Positions 10,473-18,949 of a stretch of DNA of 64,000 nucleotides are shown in pieces. Location of the stretch: positions 1,472,001 through 1,536,000 of the forward strand of contig CAWGRW010000009.1 of the NCBI GenBank assembly GCA_963825135.1, in the 5' to 3' direction. Each line of letters begins with the position of its first letter. The stretch's first letter is position 1. Source of the stretch: an uncultured bacterium (lineage in GTDB: Bacteria > Desulfobacterota_D > UBA1144 > Nemesobacterales > UBA2774). The position numbers were made by a program, and so were the translations under genes. Below the pieces are notes generated by a model. It worked only from the letters and a program-made list of their open reading frames with translations. It had not been told where the DNA came from and did no database searches.

Positions 10473-11552
10473 TCATTCGACGTCTATGGAGGACGCGACT
10501 TTTCCCGTTTCAGGATTGTAAATATATTCCCCGCCCAGAGGGTGGGCCGGGAAATCCGTTGTTGTCTGCAGTTCTATGAATTTTCTGAGCTCGTCCATAT
10601 TCTTCGGATAATCACCGTATAGCTTATTATATCTGGCCGACTTTGCATTCAGAAAATTTATATCCTCATCGATCTTCCGCTTGGATAATTCCGAGCTTTT
10701 GATCGCCCCGATCTTGGGCGCCAGAATGAATTTGCCTCCCATCGGGGCCTCCGGAATCCCGTTTTTCAACACGCCGGCCCTGACCATGTCTTCGAGCCCG
10801 GAGGGGGGCTTTCCATAGGTTTTGACGTACTCGCGGAGGGACTCGGTCAGTTTGTCTTCGAGGGACATGGTATCTATCTCCTCTATATTTCTCAGAGCGA
10901 AGTTCCTTCTCCCTTCGCTCGGGCTCGTTTCGTAGATTATTTCCCAGATTTTCCTCGAAAGCTCCCTGTTCCCGCCCTTCGCATGGGCCGACGCGGCCAT
11001 GCCCTTCATCGAGGCTGCCCTCAATGGGGAAATGCCCGGCTTCTCGGACGCTTCCTTGAACAGCTCTGCCGACTTTTCGTAGTCCTTCGGGTAGAAATAG
11101 TATATAAAGGCTTCCTCCAGGGGCAGGTTGTAGTTCCCGGGGTTGTTCTTCCTCCCTTTGTCGAGGAGCTCTATCCCTTTCTTCGTCTCGCCGAGCCCGA
11201 AAGGCGGAGGTTCGGCCAGGAAAGTGCCTCCGTACCTGTATGCGTTTATGAACTTCGGGTCGAGATCCGTGATGATATCGAAGTAGTGATAAAGCAGGTC
11301 GGAGTTCAGGTCAGCGGGTTTCTCTCCGCCGAAGTACTGGAGCGCCCGTATCCAGTAAATGTCGGCCAAAATCTCATAATATCCCAGGGACAGCTTTTTC
11401 AGGGACGACGAAGATATGTAGAGGCTCCCTTCGACAGACCGGAACTTGCCCCTTATTTCGTCTATCCTTATCTGAAACGGAATCGATACCGCTACCAGCA
11501 CGGCCAGAATGACGAGGGCGACAACAGGCTTTCTGGATGATATGACGGACAT
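10473..11552 (-). CDS. Membrane-anchored TPR protein of the pilin-ABC locus (PilG/XapA-like) with duplicated C-terminal pseudopilin-like module
   Basis: N-terminal TM, LADIYWIRALQYFG, ITDLDPKF TPR-like helices; last gene of the pilin-ABC cluster. Confidence 0.7.
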   Translation of the reverse strand: MSVISSRKPVVALVILAVLVAVSIPFQIRIDEIRGKFRSVEGSLYISSSSLKKLSLGYYEILADIYWIRALQYFGGEKPADLNSDLLYHYFDIITDLDPKFINAYRYGGTFLAEPPPFGLGETKKGIELLDKGRKNNPGNYNLPLEEAFIYYFYPKDYEKSAELFKEASEKPGISPLRAASMKGMAASAHAKGGNRELSRKIWEIIYETSPSEGRRNFALRNIEEIDTMSLEDKLTESLREYVKTYGKPPSGLEDMVRAGVLKNGIPEAPMGGKFILAPKIGAIKSSELSKRKIDEDINFLNAKSARYNKLYGDYPKNMDELRKFIELQTTTDFPAHPLGGEYIYNPETGKVASSIDVE

Positions 11553-11555
11553 ATA

Positions 11556-12359
11556 TTATTTGAACTCTTTCCTCTCGAAGATGATGATTGCGAGTATCAG
11601 AAGGGCGAGCGTATATAGGACCGCATAGACCGTGGTGTATAAGACCAGGTCGGGGTTAACGATGCCGCCGTAAACGGCTTCGCTCCTCACGTCGAATTTC
11701 TCCAGATTGGGAATTATTCTGTACACCGCTTCTGAAAATATTGCGGTTACCGGGCTCTTGACTTCCTCGGCGAACAGTCTGATATCGCTCGAGAAGCGGC
11801 CTATCGCGATGGCGAAAAAGGTGAAAAGGGCGCTCATAACCGGGGTCGTGAAGCTCGAGAAGACGAGCGCTATGCCGATTACGACGAGGAATTCGAGGTA
11901 TTCGAAATATATCGCGTTAAAGAACTCCGCGTAGTAATGCCCCCCGTAATAAAAGTTTATCAGCCCCTCGTACCTGATTTCTATGAACAGCACCAGCAGG
12001 AATAGAATAAGCGCCATTCCGAGCGTGATTACGAATAGAGTAAGCCCAAGGCCCAGATACTTCCCGAATATGAATTCGTATCTCTTTATAGGCTTCGAGA
12101 AGATGTTGTAGACAGTCTTTCTCTCCACCTCTTTATATACGAGTCCGATACCCAGAAATACGGAGATAAGGATTCCGATTATGGATATCGCGGTGAGTCC
12201 CAGGTCCTTGACTATCTTGTTGTGCTGTTCCGCCGATATGCTGGCGAAGACGAGCGAGCTCATGATCATTATTATTGCGAATAAGATAAGGCTGTAGAGG
12301 ACCCTGTCCCTGATTGCCTCAATGAACGTATTGTGCGCGACGCTCAGTATTCTTCTCAT
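11556..12359 (-). CDS. ABC-2 type permease (PilI/XapB-C-like)
   Basis: Multiple TM helices, EVERKTVYNIFSKPIKRYEFIFGKYLG, ends FERKEFK. Confidence 0.9.
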   Translation of the reverse strand: MRRILSVAHNTFIEAIRDRVLYSLILFAIIMIMSSLVFASISAEQHNKIVKDLGLTAISIIGILISVFLGIGLVYKEVERKTVYNIFSKPIKRYEFIFGKYLGLGLTLFVITLGMALILFLLVLFIEIRYEGLINFYYGGHYYAEFFNAIYFEYLEFLVVIGIALVFSSFTTPVMSALFTFFAIAIGRFSSDIRLFAEEVKSPVTAIFSEAVYRIIPNLEKFDVRSEAVYGGIVNPDLVLYTTVYAVLYTLALLILAIIIFERKEFK

Positions 12360-12392
12360 CTTGTCCTGTATGCCTGACGGGGGTCGAAGTCT

Positions 12393-13337
12393 TTACTGTT
12401 CCTTTTGTGAATTCTCTTTGCGGGCTTCCTCCACAAAGAGTCCTTCGAGGGACTTCCTCAGCGGATGAATGGAGACAATCTCCGCCGAAGTGCGTGTAAC
12501 GGCGTCGAGGACCCTCCGTTTAATGTCTTCGTCGAACTTGAGCACTATGTACCCTGCCCTGCTGTCCATCTCTACCCTCAGGTCTTTTACGCACTGCCTT
12601 ATCTCATCTCCCGGCCCTTCCAGGTGCATTTCATAGTCGGTGTGAATCTCTTTGAGAAGATCCCCGATCTTGCCTGTTTTTATTACGGCGCCTCCCATTA
12701 TTATCCCTACCCTATCGCAGAGTGCTTCGACGTCCGAAAGCATGTGGGAGCTAAGGAGTATAGTCTTTCCGCTCCGTTTTTCTTCCAGTATCAGGTCTTT
12801 TATCTCTCTCCTGCCTATGGGGTCGAGTCCGCTCATGGGCTCGTCGAGAATGATGAATTCCGGGTCGTTTATGAGGGCCTGTGCGATGCCGATCCTCTGC
12901 ATCATGCCCTTTGAGTATTTCCTCATCTGCACCTTTTTTGCGTGCTCCATCCTTACTTTCAGCAGCAGCTCGTCTACCTTTTCGCGGAGGTGTTTCCGTT
13001 TCAGGCCGTGAAGCTCGCCCATGTAAAAGAGCAGCTCCTCGCCCGTGAGGTAGTCGTAGAAGTAAGGGTTTTCCGGAAGGTAGCCGATCCTGCTCTTGAC
13101 CTCGGAGCTCGAATGCTCTTTGCCCATGAGCTCTATCTTCCCTTCGGTCGGAGTGACGAACCCCAGGATTGATTTGAACGTCGTGGTCTTTCCGGCGCCG
13201 TTAGGCCCGACGAAACCGAACACCTCTCCTTTATGAACGTCGAAGGATACGTCTTTCAGGACGCGTGTCTTCTTCCCCGAAAACCCGGTTTTATAGTCCT
13301 TGACCAGGTTCGTGATTTTGAGAATTGTTTCTGGCAT
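12393..13337 (-). CDS. ABC transporter ATP-binding protein (PilH/XapD-like)
   Basis: Walker A GPNGAGKTT, signature YSKGM, Walker B IILDEP, SSH. Confidence 0.95.
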   Translation of the reverse strand: MPETILKITNLVKDYKTGFSGKKTRVLKDVSFDVHKGEVFGFVGPNGAGKTTTFKSILGFVTPTEGKIELMGKEHSSSEVKSRIGYLPENPYFYDYLTGEELLFYMGELHGLKRKHLREKVDELLLKVRMEHAKKVQMRKYSKGMMQRIGIAQALINDPEFIILDEPMSGLDPIGRREIKDLILEEKRSGKTILLSSHMLSDVEALCDRVGIIMGGAVIKTGKIGDLLKEIHTDYEMHLEGPGDEIRQCVKDLRVEMDSRAGYIVLKFDEDIKRRVLDAVTRTSAEIVSIHPLRKSLEGLFVEEARKENSQKEQ

Positions 13338-13423
13338 GTTCGGATATCTAAATATATGTTAATGAATGCCGGGAGGCAATACGGCGATACATCGAAAGGA
13401 GCGTTCGGGCGTATTAATCAATC

Positions 13424-14023
13424 TTATCCGTCACAGGCGGGGTCACCGCTTCCGGATTCGAACGTGCCGTTTGCTCCCGAGGCCTGCGTTGTCACTGTAC
13501 ACTTGATGACCTTGTCGGTGAATGCGGAGAAATCTTTCCTGCCGTTAACCCTCGCACTTGTCATAGAAGCCTCCCATCCGAAGTCTCCTTTGAGGGACTG
13601 AGCATCGGTGCCGGCGTCGTCGCTCCATGACAGACAGTATCCTGCTTTGGGATCGTTACAATCGGCGGAGCTCGAGGGGGTGCCGTCGTTAGTAACCGCG
13701 TCTTCGAATGTAGAATCTAATAGTGCGTCTGCGGGATCGCTTGTTCCGCCCGGGTCTCTGAGTGTTCCCGCGGTGCCGAGAGATCCTATGAGGTTTGTAA
13801 AGTTCCTGTCACCGTTATCGTCCAGGTCCTGTTCGAAATACTCATATTCGGAGTCTTTTAGTGTCTGCAGGGCCTTCCGCGCGTTAGCTTCATTTGAAGA
13901 GATACGGGCTTTTAACAGGTTAGGTATAGCGATTGCGAGCAGGATACCGATGATAGCCGCCACTACGAGAAGCTCGATGAGGGTAAAGCCGTTTTCAATA
14001 TTTCTATTTCTCTTCCTGATCAT
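13424..14023 (-). CDS. Type IVa pilin, paralog 2
   Basis: Class III signal MIRKRNRNIENG|FTLIELLVVAAIIGILLAIAIP with E5 and P22; four Cys including a C-terminal pair. Confidence 0.93.
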   Translation of the reverse strand: MIRKRNRNIENGFTLIELLVVAAIIGILLAIAIPNLLKARISSNEANARKALQTLKDSEYEYFEQDLDDNGDRNFTNLIGSLGTAGTLRDPGGTSDPADALLDSTFEDAVTNDGTPSSSADCNDPKAGYCLSWSDDAGTDAQSLKGDFGWEASMTSARVNGRKDFSAFTDKVIKCTVTTQASGANGTFESGSGDPACDG

Positions 14024-14049
14024 ATTATCGCCCTTTATAGGTAATTATT

Positions 14050-14065
14050 AGCAATATACATACCA
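14050..14065 (-). promoter_or_regulatory. sigma54 (-24/-12) promoter of pilin 2
   Basis: Minus strand TGGTATGTATATTGCT (GG-N10-GC, TTGCT), 26 nt upstream of the ATG. Confidence 0.7.
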
Positions 14066-14190
14066 CAACCGGCGCTAATATATCTGGTTTACATGCTTTC
14101 GTAACAGGCCCTCATTGTTATATAAATGGATACTCGAAATCGTATCGAGGGTAAGAATATTCATATGATACATTTCTTCAGAAAACGACT

Positions 14191-14205
14191 TGACAATATT
14201 TGTCA
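14191..14205. promoter_or_regulatory. Palindromic enhancer-like site TGACA-N5-TGTCA (candidate PilR-type activator site) for pilin 2
   Basis: TGACAATATTTGTCA, about 125 bp upstream of the sigma54 element; near-identical to the site upstream of pilin 1. Confidence 0.65.
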
Positions 14206-14389
14206 TAGTGATGCGATTTCTGTTATCCGGGTGGGTCGAAGAAGAAATTGAAAGATAACATTCTTCCGAAAAACACAGCGGTGAGCTATTGTCAAGTTGT
14301 CAATTTTATCATGAATACCAAGGGAATAATGGATCAATCGAATAGAACTATGGTCGTCGATTGGAGTAACGGTATACTGTTTCGGGAAT

Positions 14390-14425
14390 AAAAAAACGGC
14401 GGGTTTATTATAAACCCGCCGTTTT
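14390..14425 (-). terminator. Intrinsic terminator after pilin 1
   Basis: Perfect 15-bp inverted repeat AAAACGGCGGGTTTA-tta-TAAACCCGCCGTTTT (14393-14425) running into a T tract on the minus strand. Confidence 0.88.
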
Positions 14426-14459
14426 GAGTTTTTCTTTCTGTTGATTATCTATCAGAGTG

Positions 14460-15065
14460 TTAATCGCAGCCGGGTGCAGTACGATGGGCCTCGAATGTCC
14501 CGACAGCTCCGGTAGCTTGTGTACTTAATGTGCATCTTATAACGCCGTCTCCGTATACGGAGAAGTCCCTTCTGCCGGTCTTGTTAAAGCTCGACATACT
14601 GTTCTGCCAGCCGAAGTCGTCAAAACCGCCTGAAGCATTTGCGGTGAATGCCGCGCCGGTCGAATCATTAAAATCACTTTGTATGCAATAACCCGCCTTC
14701 GGGTCAGCACAGAGTGCGCCTCCTGTACTTAATGCGCCCTCGAAGCTGTCGTCAACAAGAGCGTCCTCTTCTACACTTGTACCCCCGGGATCACGCAAAG
14801 ACTGAGCAGTTCCTAGTGCACCAATTTGATCGGTAAAATCTCTTCCACCCTGATCGTCCAGGTCCTGCTCGAAATACTCGCCTTCGGCATCCCTGAGCGT
14901 CTGCATGGACTTTCTGGCGCTGGCTTCGTTCGCCGACATTCTCGCCTTTATAAGGTTGGGTATCGCGATCGCGAGCAGTATGCCGATGATTGCCGCTACC
15001 ACTAGAAGTTCGATAAGCGTGAAACCCTTCTCTCCCTTTTTAACTCTGTTTAACTTGCTTAACAT
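14460..15065 (-). CDS. pilA: Type IVa pilin, paralog 1 (probable major pilin)
   Basis: MLSKLNRVKKGEKG|FTLIELLVVAAIIGILLAIAIP; strong SD GGAGGT, consensus sigma54 promoter and own terminator; four Cys. Confidence 0.93.
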   Translation of the reverse strand: MLSKLNRVKKGEKGFTLIELLVVAAIIGILLAIAIPNLIKARMSANEASARKSMQTLRDAEGEYFEQDLDDQGGRDFTDQIGALGTAQSLRDPGGTSVEEDALVDDSFEGALSTGGALCADPKAGYCIQSDFNDSTGAAFTANASGGFDDFGWQNSMSSFNKTGRRDFSVYGDGVIRCTLSTQATGAVGTFEAHRTAPGCD

Positions 15066-15107
15066 ATCAATAACCTCCGTTTCGGAAATAGTCTTGTAAA
15101 CTAAGGA

Positions 15108-15123
15108 TGCAAAGGCCGTGCCA
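15108..15123 (-). promoter_or_regulatory. sigma54 (-24/-12) promoter of pilin 1
   Basis: Minus strand TGGCACGGCCTTTGCA matches the consensus TGGCACG-N4-TTGC(A/T). Confidence 0.9.
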
Positions 15124-15245
15124 CGTGCCGTTATTACGGCGTATTACACACATAAACCGCTGAAATACAATCGGAATTAGCTTTTATCACGAATATGCCG
15201 GATGGCATCCGGAACCATGGTCGCACTCACAAATTTTATTAATTG

Positions 15246-15290
15246 TGACATTTTTGCGTCCTTGACGTGACAATGTGACAAAATTTGTCA
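15246..15290. promoter_or_regulatory. Enhancer-like array for pilin 1 (TGACA repeats; palindrome TGACAAAATTTGTCA at 15276-15290)
   Basis: TGACA at 15246, 15268 and 15276, TGTCA at 15286; 120-165 bp upstream of the sigma54 element. Confidence 0.7.
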
Positions 15291-15397
15291 GGATGTCTGT
15301 TTTGGATACTATCGGCATGGATATGATTGGGGAATGTTTATCAATCTGAGGAAGTATGCTATTTTATACTACCTATTTTAAAGGAGGCGGTTTTATC

Positions 15398-15928
15398 ATG
15401 CATAGAGATAAGCATTTCGTTTTCCCGTTACTAATTTCGATTGCCTTTTTCGCCCTGATTGTTACCGGATGCACGACTATCAAAACTACTTCCTACTTTG
15501 CCCCGACAAAGACCAAGCTGCGCGACTTTCAGGCCATTCAGTTCGAGACGTTCGAGACTCAGATCGAGGATTTCCCTAAAGATGCTCTCACGAAGATCCC
15601 GGATAAAGCCGCCGCTCTCCTTGAATCCGAGAATAAGTTCAAAGAGGTTAAATACGGCAAGATTGAAAATATCCCCGCCGAGGATACTATAGTGTTGTTA
15701 GGCGAGATAAGCGAGTACAGACCGAGCTCGGATGTCTCGTTCGAAGGCGGCGCGCTTAAATTCGGCGAAGTCTCTATTTCCATCAAGCTCGCTCTGGTCA
15801 ACAAAGCTACGGGAGATGAAATCGCGACCGGAGAAGTGAACGGATTCAGCTCGACTGGATTTATGGCGAAGGACATTTTCCAAAGCCTCGCGGAGGAAAT
15901 AGTAAAGTATATAAACGAAACCTATTGA
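15398..15928 (+). CDS. Lipoprotein, DUF4410-like
   Basis: SD AAGGAGG before ATG 15398; lipobox VTGC; alpha/beta pattern (LLGEISEYRP...GEVSISIKLAL...LAEEIVKYI). Family call tentative. Confidence 0.7.
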   Translation: MHRDKHFVFPLLISIAFFALIVTGCTTIKTTSYFAPTKTKLRDFQAIQFETFETQIEDFPKDALTKIPDKAAALLESENKFKEVKYGKIENIPAEDTIVLLGEISEYRPSSDVSFEGGALKFGEVSISIKLALVNKATGDEIATGEVNGFSSTGFMAKDIFQSLAEEIVKYINETY

Positions 15929-15970
15929 GCGGTCGGTACGACGCTTTGAAAATTAAATTTGGAGGATGAT

Positions 15971-16984
15971 ATGAGAGAGCTTGTTCTTTGTCTTTTACTT
16001 CTGCCTGTGACTATGGGCGCATTCCAGTCGGGAGAGCTTGCTGTGTACGCGCAGGGCGCGGGAGGCGCAGCGGATTTATATAAACAGGGGCGGGAGGCGT
16101 TTATGAAGTTCACGCCTGAAGGGTTCGATCAGGCGATTTTACTCTTCAACCAGGCGATCAAGGCGGACCCCAAGTACGCGCAGGCCTACGCCGGTCTCGC
16201 AGAGGTTTATTCATTCATGGGTTATTACAGGTATCAGGTCAGGGAGGAGTACGAGAAATACTACAACGATTCCTATGCAAACATGGTCAAGGCTCTTCAG
16301 TTCGGTCCGAACCTCGAAGAGACGCAGGTTGCGCTTGCCTACAGCTATATACAGCTGAGCAGGGAAAAAGACGCGAAGATAACCGCGCAGAATATATTGG
16401 CCAAAAACCCGAACAACGCCGAGGCCCTTTACGTTCTATGGTTCGCCAGCGGCGAGAACCCGGACTCGCCTGACATAAGAAAGGTAATCGAGCTCAACCC
16501 GAAATTCGTACCGGCTTACGTGGGTCTGGGGAACTCATTATTCTTCAAGAAGAGAGCCTACGGGCAGGCGACCGAGAACTTCAGGAAAGCCGCAGAATTA
16601 GCCCCCTCGGCCCAGATCCATAATTTATTCGGCACCGCCCTCAGGACGCAGGGTCACTACAATGAGGCGATCGAGCAGTACGAGATGGCTATAAAACAGA
16701 ATCCGAACTATGCGCCCGCTTATATGAATCTCGGCATCACCTACTATTACCTCAACAAGTTCAACCAGGACATCGACAACCAGAAAAAAGCGATATCGCT
16801 CAACCCGAAATATCCCGATGCGTACTTTTTTATCGCGGAGGGTTATGAAAAGGCAAACAATCCGCAGCAGGCCGTCATCTACTACAAGAAATTCCTCGAC
16901 GTGTCTCTCGAGCAGGAAATGTACGCGGGTTACGCGGCACAGGCGAAGCAGAGGCTTTCGGCTCTCGGCGGAGGCGGCAAGTAA
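15971..16984 (+). CDS. Secreted tetratricopeptide-repeat protein
   Basis: Signal peptide; repeated TPR units (AIKADPKYAQAYAGLA, NPKFVPAYVGLG, NPNYAPAYMNLG, NPKYPDAYFFIA); SD GGAGG. Confidence 0.9.
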   Translation: MRELVLCLLLLPVTMGAFQSGELAVYAQGAGGAADLYKQGREAFMKFTPEGFDQAILLFNQAIKADPKYAQAYAGLAEVYSFMGYYRYQVREEYEKYYNDSYANMVKALQFGPNLEETQVALAYSYIQLSREKDAKITAQNILAKNPNNAEALYVLWFASGENPDSPDIRKVIELNPKFVPAYVGLGNSLFFKKRAYGQATENFRKAAELAPSAQIHNLFGTALRTQGHYNEAIEQYEMAIKQNPNYAPAYMNLGITYYYLNKFNQDIDNQKKAISLNPKYPDAYFFIAEGYEKANNPQQAVIYYKKFLDVSLEQEMYAGYAAQAKQRLSALGGGGK

Positions 16985-17102
16985 GCCGGGTCATCGGGCC
17001 GGATCGGAATATTACGGACGCTCGTGATATTAAGCCGTTTCCGTTGTGCTGCGCGGCGAGCTCCGGCTAAAATAAAAACAATCGGTGTGCGGGTTTCACG
17101 AA

Positions 17103-17459
17103 ATGCCCAAGGAAATTCACGAGCCTGAGTTAATAGCATTGACCTTCGGAATGGAATCGAGCGCGAGTCTGTGGAACGTTATATTCGAAGGGTTCGATCA
17201 GGAAGTCGTGCTGGTCTCGAAATTCTCCGGAAGCGACGACCGTGTCGTGAACACCCTCTATGAATTCGGCGATATAATCGGAAGGAACTACAAGGATTGC
17301 AAAGTGAGGGCGACTCGTACGGGGATTGAGATAAAAAAGCCGCTGCCGGGATATGACGTTTCTCTCGTTAACGATTGGACCGGGCTCATGGAGAACATAC
17401 GGGAGGAAATGACCAAATTCATACCGGACGGCATGTTAAGACCCGGCGCAATTAAATAA
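17103..17459 (+). CDS. Hypothetical protein
   Basis: Fills the gap before convergent birA; plausible promoter TTGTGC-N18-TAAAAT upstream; no motif recognised. Confidence 0.6.
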   Translation: MPKEIHEPELIALTFGMESSASLWNVIFEGFDQEVVLVSKFSGSDDRVVNTLYEFGDIIGRNYKDCKVRATRTGIEIKKPLPGYDVSLVNDWTGLMENIREEMTKFIPDGMLRPGAIK

Positions 17460-18252
17460 TCGAAACGTCTCCGGTCGTTATTTTGATTACGTTTTCGTCG
17501 TCTTGTTTGAGCAGCAGGTGTCCCTCCCCGTCTATCCCAGTTGCGATACCCTCTATCGTATCCCCGCCTTCCGTGCTGACCCTGACCCGTTTATTGTATC
17601 CGCCCCACCTCTCGGTCCACTCCTTGATTATGGAAGACTTCCCCCGCCTGTTGAACGTTTGATACCACGATTCGAGCTCGACTAACAGGTCTCCGGTAAA
17701 TTTGGCCCGGTCGACGTCCTCGCCCAGGCTCTCTTTGAGAGACGTCGCAAATTTCGCCGTCTCTCCCATCTCCTGTTTAATTTGCCCCCTGGTCATGTTT
17801 ATATTCACCCCGATCCCGACTACGATGTAATCGACCCTTTCTCCCTTTGGCTCCATCTCGGTCAGCACGCCCGCCGCCTTCTTCCCGTCTATCTGTACAT
17901 CGTTGGGCCATTTGATGACCGTGTTTCTGATACCCGTCTTTTTAATGGTCTCCGCGAGCGCTATGGAAGCGAGGAATGTGAAAATCGGCGATTCCCAGGC
18001 CGGGATGGCGGGCCGGAACAGGACTGATATATAGAGGTTCATGCCGGGCGGGGAGATCCACTTCCGTCCGAGCCTTCCCTTTCCGCCCGTCTGCTTGTCC
18101 GCGATGACGGCCGTCCCCTCGGACGCGCCGTTCTCGGCAAGCCTGCTCAGCACGGTATTTGTGGATACGGTCTCGTCGAAGTAGTGTATGACTTTCCCTA
18201 TCGTCTCGGTTTTGAGGAGGCCGTTTAATTTGCGTATCATCGGCGAGGTCAT
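17452..18252 (-). CDS. birA: Biotin--[acetyl-CoA-carboxylase] ligase (no N-terminal HTH)
   Basis: STN, QTGGKGRLGRKWISP, IKWPNDV, GKKAAGVLTE, VGIGVN. Confidence 0.95.
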   Translation of the reverse strand: MTSPMIRKLNGLLKTETIGKVIHYFDETVSTNTVLSRLAENGASEGTAVIADKQTGGKGRLGRKWISPPGMNLYISVLFRPAIPAWESPIFTFLASIALAETIKKTGIRNTVIKWPNDVQIDGKKAAGVLTEMEPKGERVDYIVVGIGVNINMTRGQIKQEMGETAKFATSLKESLGEDVDRAKFTGDLLVELESWYQTFNRRGKSSIIKEWTERWGGYNKRVRVSTEGGDTIEGIATGIDGEGHLLLKQDDENVIKITTGDVSII

Positions 18253-18425
18253 GCCTGGTTGTCCTCCATATCCTGCCCGGAACCTATTCTAACCGTTTTA
18301 TCGCCTTTGTAGAATCCTCCTAGGCAAGGTCGTGCTGACCGGATTCCGGCGGCCACGGCGCTGAATGGTGGAAAATCATCGGATTACGCTTATAATATTT
18401 ATATCTTACGATCGTCGGGGTTATT

Positions 18426-18842
18426 ACGATTACGAATATACTGAAGATATGCGTCTTCGTTGCGGCGCTGTCCGCGCTTTCATTCCCATTTGATTCTCCC
18501 GGCCGGGCGGAGCAGACGCCCGCCCCGAAAGAGAGCCCGGTACTCGAGGTTCAAATAAAGGACGTAGTCTCTAATCCGGGGGAATTCAACGGTAAAAAGG
18601 TTTCCCTGGAAGGCAAGGTCGCGAAGGTGGACTACAGGAAATCGAGCAAAGGGGAGCCCTTCACCGTATTCAGATTGAAGGATTCCGAGAACAACGAGGT
18701 TGGAGTTTATTTCGAGGATGAGCGCCTGCCGATCTCAAAGGGCGATAGAGTAAAGATCGTGGGCAGGTTCTGGAAGGAGAAGAGTTATTTCCTCTATAAG
18801 ATAAAGAACGTGATTAAAGCCAGGACCGTCGATATAATCTAG
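18426..18842 (+). CDS. Secreted OB-fold protein; start codon non-canonical or uncertain
   Basis: Frame is open from 18396 and encodes signal peptide NILKICVFVAALSALSF...GRA and an OB-fold pattern (KDVVSNPGEFNGKKVSLEGKV...KGDRVKIVGRF). The ORF track shows only 18627-18842. Confidence 0.7.
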   Translation, partial: TITNILKICVFVAALSALSFPFDSPGRAEQTPAPKESPVLEVQIKDVVSNPGEFNGKKVSLEGKVAKVDYRKSSKGEPFTVFRLKDSENNEVGVYFEDERLPISKGDRVKIVGRFWKEKSYFLYKIKNVIKARTVDII

Positions 18843-18949
18843 ATTCAGCCGTAAATGAGAATCCCGCTTCATGCGGGTTGTTCTACAATGACACCTGTCC
18901 GGTCAAATTCCGCTTTTAAATAGATGATTCGTCATATAATATCTTTTGC

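Noticed and set aside
13424..15065. Electrically conductive (Geobacter-type) e-pilins
   Set aside because: Mature chains have F1, Y50 and F51 but no aromatics at 24, 27 or 32, leaving an aromatic-free gap of over 45 residues; both are full-length pilins.
13424..15065. Silent-cassette antigenic variation or invertible pilin switch
   Set aside because: Both genes are complete, co-oriented and have their own promoter; no recombinase or flanking inversion sites are visible.
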